From: Bacteroidota bacterium | GTDB taxonomy: Bacteria; Bacteroidota; Bacteroidia; UKL13-3 | Reading direction: 5' to 3' | NCBI GenBank assembly: GCA_051715425.1 | Contig: JBPXJS010000052.1 | Coordinates: forward strand, 51,801 to 115,800 | DNA: 64,000 nt | In this document: piece by piece, positions 48,064 to 56,033 of the stretch | How the letters are laid out: every line of letters begins with the position of its first letter | How positions within the stretch are numbered: the first letter of the stretch is position 1 | Translations under genes and position numbers: made by a program | The notes under the pieces: generated by a model | What the model was told of the DNA's origin: nothing | Database searches by the model: none | Seen by the model: only the letters and a program-made list of their open reading frames with translations

Positions 48064-50262
48064 ATGACCAATATCCGAAACCTGTTTATTGCCGTCCGGT
48101 TGTATATGCCCGGAATTTTTTTCGTAAGCTTTATCTATTTTCTTTTTATAGGAATAAATCAGGGAATTGACGTGGTGGTACAGACAGGGGAATTTTTCTG
48201 GCATGGTGTGTTAGGTTGCACAGGTGTGGTTATCTGGGCGTTTTTAACATGGTATGCCTTAAGGGTGCTCAGTTATGCCCATCAATCTGCTTTTGGAAAT
48301 GAAGAAACACGCATATTACCCACCACTTTTCACCAAACATTTCCAAGGCTTATTTCATACCACTGTATAGTTAGTGTTCAAACCGCCATCTTAAATATTA
48401 TGCTCTTTAAAGCAAATATGCTTGCTATCTTCGGTTTTATTCTGGTTCAAACCCTTTTATTCTTTTTACTTTCGTCATGGTTTAAAGGTAAGGGGAACAA
48501 AATAATTATTGGCGGAGCAATAACCATAGCACTGCTATATATAGCAGGTTTGCTGGCCGGATTATGGATGAACCGGGTATATGCCACACCAGGGAATTTT
48601 CAACGTTATCAGTTTTGGCTGTTTGTAATTGCCATGAGCTTATTTGCTATACAGGTGCTTGCAGTCTGGTTATTTATTAAAAGAAGAAAACTGATAGATG
48701 AACAAATAGAAGACGGGGAGGAAAAGCATGTAACCTTTTCCATGAAAAGGCTTAAGCTAAACGATAAGTTTAAACCCGCAGAAAGTAAATATTTCAATGT
48801 CTTTCACCTGTTGTCTGCCGCCACAACCATTATATACCTTGCCGCCATATTTAGCATGGATATGGCTATCGCAATGGGACCTCTGTCATTTGCGGTAATT
48901 GCAATCGGGGTACTCACCGGATTTTTTTCTATTGTAAAATATGCCTCCATCCGCACACGGTTTAGCATTGGCCTGGCTATTTTACTGCTGGCCATTGTTG
49001 TTGGAAAAGTGGTTGATCCCTATGAAGTGCGCCTTACCCCATCATCGCAGGAAAATCAGTTTGCTCAAAGGCCGGATTTAAAAACGTACCTGCACAACTG
49101 GATACAACTGCGTGAGGAGCAACTGGACAACAGCCCTGATAAGGGGTACAAGGTATTTATTGTTTTAAGCAACGGAGGAGCATCAAGGGCAGGAAACTGG
49201 GTATGCAGTGTTTTATCAAAATTGCAGGATTCTTCTCTTAATATTCCCGGAAAATTTGCTTTTTCAGACCATGTATTATTTATGGCAGGAGCCTCCGGAG
49301 GCACCGTTGGTAACTGCGCCTTTTACGCCCTGCTCAAAGAGGATCTTACCCAACCCCTTTCGTCATTCAGCAGACACGCCCAACAATATTTTGCCGGAGA
49401 TTTTCTTACGTTTACCCTCGGAAGAATGTTGGGTCCCGACTTTTTCCGGCATTTTGTACCATTGCGTTTTATTGATGACAGGGCAGCCTCACTGGCAAAT
49501 GTTTTGGCCAACGGCTCTGCAGATCCGGTAATCAATTACCAGATGAATTGTAATATCAGTGAGGTATTTGATTACAGCGGACACCTTCCTGTTCTTATCA
49601 TTAACACCACCCGTGTTGATGATGGAATGCCTGGTGTAATAAGCACCATTCAATTACCCAAACACAGCCAGCGGATTGATGTATTAAAACTGCTTGACAG
49701 TATGTCGCTTACCAAAAGTCGTTTGGGTGATATGACCCTCAGCACCGCTTCCGTATTAAGCGCCCGTTTCCCTTATGTTTCTCCGGCAGGTTCTATTCTT
49801 AATAACTATTTTGTTGATGGCGGGTATTTTGATAATTCCGGTGCCGGCATTATTCTGGAATATGCGCAGGAACTGGAAACATTGTTAAGTGATACCACAG
49901 ATGCTTACCTGCAGCGTTATGGAAAAAAACTTGCTTTTTATGTATTACACCTCACCAATTCTCCAAAATCACAAACAGAACCGGAGCGCATTTCTCCGTT
50001 GGTAAATGATTTGTTTACCCCATTGCTTACACTTGGAGGTATGCAGGGCTCCAGCACCAAAATTGGCAATGGTATGCTTAAAAATTATTTCGTAAACCTG
50101 AATAAGAATGCAGATAGCAGCCTCTACGAGTTTAGCCTGTATAAGGACGATGAAGAGGAAGAAGCCTATCCCATGAGTTGGGTTATTTCTCAATACCAGT
50201 TACAACGGATGAAAGACCGATGTGCTCAGGAGGTTAATGATAAATTTCATTTGGTTGAATAA
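48064..50262 (+). CDS. Membrane-anchored patatin-like phospholipase
   Basis: Many N-terminal TM helices; SNGGASRAG, AGASGG (GxSxG), SARFPYVSP, VDGGYFDN. Confidence 0.85.
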   Translation: MTNIRNLFIAVRLYMPGIFFVSFIYFLFIGINQGIDVVVQTGEFFWHGVLGCTGVVIWAFLTWYALRVLSYAHQSAFGNEETRILPTTFHQTFPRLISYHCIVSVQTAILNIMLFKANMLAIFGFILVQTLLFFLLSSWFKGKGNKIIIGGAITIALLYIAGLLAGLWMNRVYATPGNFQRYQFWLFVIAMSLFAIQVLAVWLFIKRRKLIDEQIEDGEEKHVTFSMKRLKLNDKFKPAESKYFNVFHLLSAATTIIYLAAIFSMDMAIAMGPLSFAVIAIGVLTGFFSIVKYASIRTRFSIGLAILLLAIVVGKVVDPYEVRLTPSSQENQFAQRPDLKTYLHNWIQLREEQLDNSPDKGYKVFIVLSNGGASRAGNWVCSVLSKLQDSSLNIPGKFAFSDHVLFMAGASGGTVGNCAFYALLKEDLTQPLSSFSRHAQQYFAGDFLTFTLGRMLGPDFFRHFVPLRFIDDRAASLANVLANGSADPVINYQMNCNISEVFDYSGHLPVLIINTTRVDDGMPGVISTIQLPKHSQRIDVLKLLDSMSLTKSRLGDMTLSTASVLSARFPYVSPAGSILNNYFVDGGYFDNSGAGIILEYAQELETLLSDTTDAYLQRYGKKLAFYVLHLTNSPKSQTEPERISPLVNDLFTPLLTLGGMQGSSTKIGNGMLKNYFVNLNKNADSSLYEFSLYKDDEEEEAYPMSWVISQYQLQRMKDRCAQEVNDKFHLVE

Positions 50263-50309
50263 TACATCAGTCAATCAATACCACTGATGGTTTTAATCAG
50301 GCACAAAAA

Positions 50310-50335
50310 AGAGCCTGCAAGATTTTACAGGCTCT
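50310..50335. terminator. Intrinsic terminator between convergent genes
   Basis: AGAGCCTG...CAGGCTCT preceded by an A-run. Confidence 0.7.
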
Positions 50336-50356
50336 CTCCTATTTTTAACATCCGAC

Positions 50357-50803
50357 TTAGCAGCAACCAAGAAAATAAAACACAACGGATGCCAATACAC
50401 AACCTGTGATATGGTATCCGCCATCAATTAAATAACTGGCCATTGGTTTCATCTGATAAATAAAACCCATTGATATTGCTGAGGCCGCGGCTATCCCTAC
50501 TACCAGTCCGGATTTTACACAATGCATCATTCCTCCTCCGCCATCAGCATGACAGCTCATTTCACCACAGGAGGCATTACATACCCAGCATACGATAGCA
50601 CAAATAACCACCGTACATAAAAACGACATGGACATCAGTTTGCCCATATTCACTTTTTTCATCTCTTCCGGATCCATTTTTAATCCGTGACTGTTGGCCC
50701 AAAGGGTTCCCAACACTTTCTGATTATACCATAATGCTCCAAGAGCAAAATAAACAATAGCAGCGACAAGAATTTGCCACCAGAAATGCATCGTTGTTGT
50801 CAT
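50357..50803 (-). CDS. DUF1761-family membrane protein
   Basis: ILVAAIVYFALGALWY...LIDGGY. Confidence 0.8.
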   Translation of the reverse strand: MTTTMHFWWQILVAAIVYFALGALWYNQKVLGTLWANSHGLKMDPEEMKKVNMGKLMSMSFLCTVVICAIVCWVCNASCGEMSCHADGGGGMMHCVKSGLVVGIAAASAISMGFIYQMKPMASYLIDGGYHITGCVLASVVFYFLGCC

Positions 50804-51208
50804 AGGGTTTAAGGTTTAGTATACCCAAATGTAACAAAACCAGTGCATTAACAAAGAAACACTTTTTGCACACGTTAAAGATCATGATAAGAAACGCAGG
50901 CCATATTGTTTATGCCACAGATTAGCACAGATTAAATCATAAGGAAGGCTTCACGTCCGCTACGCTAAAGGCATGAGATTTAATTGATGTGCAGATGTGT
51001 TGAAGTGCCAACTGACTAACAGAGCACTGCGCACTACTCCCCAATGACTCCCACCTTGCGGGACAAGCAATGACGAGCATCCCGACTTAACACTTAAAAT
51101 TTAAAACTAAAATGCTTTCAACTTCGAACCAAAAACACTCATTTTCCTATTTCTCTCTGTTAAACAACAACTTAAGGTCATAAACCAACCCGGATGGCTA
51201 CAAAAAAA

Positions 51209-51277
51209 AGAGTGTTTTCACTCTCAAAAAAGAGTGTTTTCACTCTTGATTTATATAGGTATACCTCTTTAGGTTTG
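51209..51277 (+). promoter_or_regulatory. Tandem operator copy 4 plus promoter
   Basis: Palindromes 51209-51224 and 51231-51246; TTG 51246-51248, 21 nt, TAGGTTTG 51270-51277. Confidence 0.85.
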
Positions 51278-51295
51278 AAAAATTATTCTACGCTA

Positions 51296-51619
51296 ATGAA
51301 AAATATTATTGGATCTTTTGTTTTTAATGATGAGGGTTATGGTTGTTTATCTGGAAAATGGAGTCATAAAGATGATAATGAGGCTTACCCTGAGTGTGCA
51401 AAATTAATAGAGCCTGATGGTACAGAATTGTATTGCGGTTTATACAAAACCGTTTGGATAGAAAGTGCCGGAAAAGCGGTTGACGGAACACTGAATATTG
51501 AAATGAATCCCGGAGATCACACTTATAAACTCAGTTGGAGCGTTGAAGCCCAACTTGCTTTCAGCGGACAGGGAATGATCCATAACGGATTACTTGTAGG
51601 ATCCTACTGGGAAAATTAG
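51296..51619 (+). CDS. Small predicted beta-barrel hypothetical protein
   Basis: Start moved to MKNII; alternating strand pattern ending LLVGSYW. Confidence 0.7.
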   Translation: MKNIIGSFVFNDEGYGCLSGKWSHKDDNEAYPECAKLIEPDGTELYCGLYKTVWIESAGKAVDGTLNIEMNPGDHTYKLSWSVEAQLAFSGQGMIHNGLLVGSYWEN

Positions 51620-51640
51620 CACACCTTAATACCTAACCAT

Positions 51641-53230
51641 ATGAAACCTGCACTTGTTATCTCCATTATTTTAGTAAGCTTTTGTTTCAGTTGTAAAACA
51701 AATACATACAAACAAGCTGTGCGACAGGAAAAAAGGGGTATCAGGCAGGCTTTTAAACGGCAAGGGGAAGACTCTGCCTTTTTCTATCATATTGTGCAGG
51801 TAAACCGCAGGGGATATCCTATAAGTCCTTATACCAAAGTGCCATTTAAGCGGAGTGGTTTTCTTATCCGCCAAATTAACTACCTGGAGAATAGGGATTA
51901 CTTTAAAAGCACCCACCTGAGCAGGCTGGTGGCTGAAATAAAGAAGGAGAATCCGGTACTGGAAACCTCCGGTTCCCTGTATGCAGATACCATTAACCTG
52001 ATGCTTTACTCTCATGGTGGCCTTGCAAGTAAAAACAGCAGTATAGAAGAAGCTTTCGAAAAATATGTAAAAATCAGGCAAAACAATCCTCACACCTTTC
52101 CAATATTTATTAACTGGAGTTCGGGATTGTTTTCCAGTTATTTTCAATATGCCACCGTGGCACGTAACGGGTATTTTGCCAAACCAACTTTTTTTACAGC
52201 GCTAAATGCACCAATCTATACAGGTGTTGATCTGGCAAGTTCTCTTTTATATGTACCCAAATCCCTGAATATGTTTTTGTTTTCAAAGTCAGAAAGTGTA
52301 TGGGCCAACAACTCCATTAAAAACGCCAACAGCATTCTTGCCGACACGATCAAGCCTTGTTGCATCAGCAAAGGTTGTTGTATACATACCAGCACCTACG
52401 ACCCCGCCAACGGTAAATTTATCAGAGGCTTTAATAAAGGTTATGATATTACCGGTGCTTTTACCGGGCTGCCTCTTTCCAATTTAGTGGCATCACTGGG
52501 TAAACCAGCCTGGCAAAACATGACCCGCAGAACCAAAGTGATGTTTCGTAATACCGAACAATTTAGTTACCGTGAAGTTAAAAGCTTAACTACCCAGGAA
52601 ACCAAAGCCCGCAGAAAAATAGCCAACTCATTAGAGGAGTATAGAAATATAGACCATTCCGGTCCTGCTGCTTTATTGGCCGAAGAACTGATAAAACTGG
52701 CACAAACTTACCCCACCAAGGTATTTAAAATTTCTGTTTTTGGCCATAGTATGGGAACCATGGTGATGAATGAACTATTTCGTTTATACGGACGAAGCCT
52801 GCCACCGAATATATATATTGACCATATTGTGTATATGGCAGCAGCCTGCAAAATTGTTGACTGGGAAAACAGCATTGAATCCTATTTGCGCAGCAGCCCT
52901 AAAACTCATTTTTACAATTTAACACTGAATCCTTACCGGGAAAAGCAGGAAAAAGTGGGCATTCCCATTCTGGAACTCATTGTACCTTCCGGTAGTTTGC
53001 TGGTATGGATTGATAAGATGTTTGAAGATCCGCACAGTTTTACCGACCGTACCCTTGGCAAGTATGATAATTTTGTGATGTCTTACTCCATATTCGATCC
53101 GCTGGTGCGTAGCCGAATTCATTTAAAGACATTTCCTTATGCCCCGCGAAAACACAAAGAATTGAAGATACCCATCAGGCATGGAGAAGTGGATGATTAT
53201 CATTTTTGGGAGGAAGGGTATTGGAAATGA
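51641..53230 (+). CDS. Alpha/beta-hydrolase lipoprotein
   Basis: FCFSC lipobox; YSHGGL, FINW, FGHSMG, YMAAA, RHG. Confidence 0.8.
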   Translation: MKPALVISIILVSFCFSCKTNTYKQAVRQEKRGIRQAFKRQGEDSAFFYHIVQVNRRGYPISPYTKVPFKRSGFLIRQINYLENRDYFKSTHLSRLVAEIKKENPVLETSGSLYADTINLMLYSHGGLASKNSSIEEAFEKYVKIRQNNPHTFPIFINWSSGLFSSYFQYATVARNGYFAKPTFFTALNAPIYTGVDLASSLLYVPKSLNMFLFSKSESVWANNSIKNANSILADTIKPCCISKGCCIHTSTYDPANGKFIRGFNKGYDITGAFTGLPLSNLVASLGKPAWQNMTRRTKVMFRNTEQFSYREVKSLTTQETKARRKIANSLEEYRNIDHSGPAALLAEELIKLAQTYPTKVFKISVFGHSMGTMVMNELFRLYGRSLPPNIYIDHIVYMAAACKIVDWENSIESYLRSSPKTHFYNLTLNPYREKQEKVGIPILELIVPSGSLLVWIDKMFEDPHSFTDRTLGKYDNFVMSYSIFDPLVRSRIHLKTFPYAPRKHKELKIPIRHGEVDDYHFWEEGYWK

Positions 53231-53907
53231 AAACAAAAAAAGAACAGAAGCCACAACTCGCCATTTTCGATCTGATTATTCTGATCCTTTCCTTTTATGT
53301 GCTGATTGCACTGGTGATTGACACATTTGTAACCCTTGATCCCGAAGTATCGCGCATGCTCAACCTGATTGACAATTTGGTTTGCCTGATATTTATTATC
53401 GATTTTATCAGAAACTTCAGACAGGCACCAAATAAAATTCAGTTTTTAAAATGGGGCTGGATTGATTTACTGGCCAGTATTCCAAATATAGATTTTTTAA
53501 GGGCCGGGCGTTTATTACGTGTAGTTCGTCTGATCAGGGTTATCCGGGCCTTCCGCTCTACGAAATTGCTGGTTGATTATATCTTCAGAGACAAACCGCG
53601 TGGAGCATTTGCATCTGTTTCTATCATAGCTGTTCTGCTTTTACTTTTTTCTTCTGTAGCCATATTGCTGGTAGAAACGGATCCGGAAGCCAATATCAAA
53701 ACTGCAGAAGATGCCATCTGGTGGGCATTTGTAACCTTAACCACTACCGGCTATGGAGACCGTTATCCGGTAACCACCGAAGGCAGGCTTATTGCAGGCG
53801 TGCTGATGGTAGCCGGTGTTGGCCTTTTCGGAACCTTTACCGGATATGTGGCTTCGTGGTTTGTTGGCGGACAGGGGGAGGGGAAAACAAATGATGAAAT
53901 AACCTGA
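53227..53907 (+). CDS. 6-TM voltage-gated potassium channel (KvAP-like)
   Basis: WIDLLASIP, S4 RAGRLLRVVRLIRVIRAFR, filter TTTGYGD; ATGA overlap with the upstream stop. Confidence 0.92.
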   Translation: MKTKKEQKPQLAIFDLIILILSFYVLIALVIDTFVTLDPEVSRMLNLIDNLVCLIFIIDFIRNFRQAPNKIQFLKWGWIDLLASIPNIDFLRAGRLLRVVRLIRVIRAFRSTKLLVDYIFRDKPRGAFASVSIIAVLLLLFSSVAILLVETDPEANIKTAEDAIWWAFVTLTTTGYGDRYPVTTEGRLIAGVLMVAGVGLFGTFTGYVASWFVGGQGEGKTNDEIT

Positions 53908-53947
53908 TGGAGATATTCTCTATGCACCCCTATTAATTGAAGCTATA

Positions 53948-54412
53948 TTAATTCCAGATAAAGCTTATTTCAATGATGGCATCCAAACCACTAATCGTTT
54001 TTGTTAATGGCCGGTTTGACTTAAACTCTTCAGGGTTAAAACTTAATTTTGAGATAAGATCATTTGTTGATAAATCATCATAATCGTAAAGTGTGATGTG
54101 ATAAACCTGATTTATTGAAGGTAGTCTGTAAGGCACAGCCATTGGAAATACTGCCGGCAACATAAATTGGTTTAAATTCTCCTTCCTGTTCGTTACATTG
54201 TAACTGTACAACACGGTGTTTGCATTTTCTACTGTAAAGAAAACATCCGCTTCAGAATTTAAATCCCATCCGGAACCATTATCTGTTAGTGGCATTGTGA
54301 TAATTTTAATGGAGCTGATTGAAACTTCCGTAGGGTCAGGAGTTTCATCATCATCTTTCTGACAGGAACAAATTACTCCGAAGAGCAATAACATCACGTA
54401 CATTTTTTTCAT
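53948..54412 (-). CDS. Lipoprotein with C2-domain-like acidic loops
   Basis: ICSC-QKDDD lipobox; WDLNSEADVF and LYDYDDLSTNDLI. Confidence 0.65.
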   Translation of the reverse strand: MKKMYVMLLLFGVICSCQKDDDETPDPTEVSISSIKIITMPLTDNGSGWDLNSEADVFFTVENANTVLYSYNVTNRKENLNQFMLPAVFPMAVPYRLPSINQVYHITLYDYDDLSTNDLISKLSFNPEEFKSNRPLTKTISGLDAIIEISFIWN

Positions 54413-54415
54413 ATG

Positions 54416-54799
54416 CTAATTTTTATGTTGGAAACATTTTTTACTTGGATCCGTTGTTGACCGCCTGCATCTCTTCCCTTTTTTTGTAATACCAATACAT
54501 CTAACCTTCCCAGGTAGTTGGGTTATCCCGGAAGTTTTTGTAGTATCGCCAGCTATTGCAGGTCGCCCGGGCAACGGCTGAATATATTCCGGACTACAAT
54601 CTGAACACGGCTTGAAACCTTTTGCTATAGCATCTGAAACAGAAACGGCAATTGAACTTTTTCCAAGATACCGGCAATAACCCTGGTGGTATTTATCACC
54701 GGTACTGGTAATATATACGGTTGGCTGTGGCGTGTTTTTATGCATACAGCAGGATGCGAGTATGATGAAAACATAATAAGTAATCCTATAATTTCTCAT
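54416..54799 (-). CDS. Lipoprotein with Ada-like Zn-binding domain plus DUF5763-like Cys/His domain
   Basis: LASC lipobox; TGDKYH..CRYL..GFKPCSDC; RCIGITKKGKRC...CFQH. Confidence 0.7.
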   Translation of the reverse strand: MRNYRITYYVFIILASCCMHKNTPQPTVYITSTGDKYHQGYCRYLGKSSIAVSVSDAIAKGFKPCSDCSPEYIQPLPGRPAIAGDTTKTSGITQLPGKVRCIGITKKGKRCRRSTTDPSKKCFQHKN

Positions 54800-54881
54800 A
54801 TTTTCAATTGCGTTTTTATCCCTGAAGTTTTGAAGTCTGTCACTCTTTAGAAAATTACCTACTCATTCGAATAGTTTTTCT

Positions 54882-56030
54882 TTAAAATCTACTTAAAGCA
54901 CGATCTTCAGCAAGGCTCATAAACTCCCATCTTCCTTGTTTATTCTCAAACACAAACTCTTCATCTGGATTTGCCCCAATTATCCTTATTGTCTCTTGTT
55001 TCAGAGAAGCTTCCTTGTTATGTATACATTCCACCCAAACACCTCTTATCCAATTAATGTATCTAACTTTAACTCTAAACTCCTTTTCCCCATAAAGCTG
55101 TTTACTCAAAATGATATATTTTACCCGATTCAAATTGGTGAATTTGTAACTGAACACCAACCCCTCCTTCGTCTTTTTATTTTCTAAGAGGCAAGCTGTG
55201 CTTTTCTCCAGAGAATAGTAGTTATATGCCGAAATTGATTCTGGTGTTAAGCCAATTCCTTTAAGGGCTGCTTTAGACTTTAGTTCTTTGTACCCTGTTA
55301 TGTATCGATATGATACATGCGATTTGTCCGATTCTTTTATGTCAAACTCCTGTCGCACTTGCATTATTTTACTGAAGGAGGTATCAGTACATACACCGAT
55401 TTTGTCCAGATAAACCTGATCCAGGTGTAAGATTCTCGCTTTAATTACCTCGTCCAAAAAAGTGTCAGCGGGAAACAGCGACATATAATGCCAAAATGTA
55501 AGCATTGCAATAATCAGAGCGAATAAAAAAGCCAAATAAAAAAAAACTATCTTTTTTCTTTTAACAATATACTGAGTAACTACTGAGGCTAGAGAACATA
55601 AAAAAGGCCTTCGTTCGAGTTGTAAAAGGAGTTTGCTAACAACATTATCAATTCCATCTATTGTAGAAATACCATAAATATCTATCATAACACCGTAGGA
55701 TAGCGTTTTTACTTCATCTGAGGTGATATTATGCCAAACAGGTATAATTTCAATGTTCCTTTTATTTCTATTGGAAATCAGATAAAAGAGTTCAAAAACA
55801 CCCCAGTTACTCTCAATATACTTCCTGCTTAAGACTACAATACCGTACCTTGATTGAGATAATCCCTTTTCCACTGAACTAATAATGCTGGCACCAACTG
55901 CTAATGTATCTGAAGAGTACCAAACAATAAAACCCTTCTTTCTCAAGACTTTTACCAAATGTGAGACGATCTCTTCCTTATCCTCTGCTACGTGAGAAAT
56001 GAAAATGTCATACGGTTTAAAGCAATTCAT
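54882..56030 (-). CDS. TIR domain + TM helix + C-terminal extracytoplasmic domain
   Basis: YDIFISH..EDK, IVVLS..Y..SNWGVFEL, IIPVWHN; hydrophobic IVFFYLAFLFALIIAMLTFW. Confidence 0.85.
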   Translation of the reverse strand: MNCFKPYDIFISHVAEDKEEIVSHLVKVLRKKGFIVWYSSDTLAVGASIISSVEKGLSQSRYGIVVLSRKYIESNWGVFELFYLISNRNKRNIEIIPVWHNITSDEVKTLSYGVMIDIYGISTIDGIDNVVSKLLLQLERRPFLCSLASVVTQYIVKRKKIVFFYLAFLFALIIAMLTFWHYMSLFPADTFLDEVIKARILHLDQVYLDKIGVCTDTSFSKIMQVRQEFDIKESDKSHVSYRYITGYKELKSKAALKGIGLTPESISAYNYYSLEKSTACLLENKKTKEGLVFSYKFTNLNRVKYIILSKQLYGEKEFRVKVRYINWIRGVWVECIHNKEASLKQETIRIIGANPDEEFVFENKQGRWEFMSLAEDRALSRF

Positions 56031-56033
56031 ATA

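Noticed and set aside
39845-51246. Tandem palindromes as a CRISPR array
   Set aside because: Only two 16-bp units per site with 6-bp gaps, no unique spacers and no cas genes.
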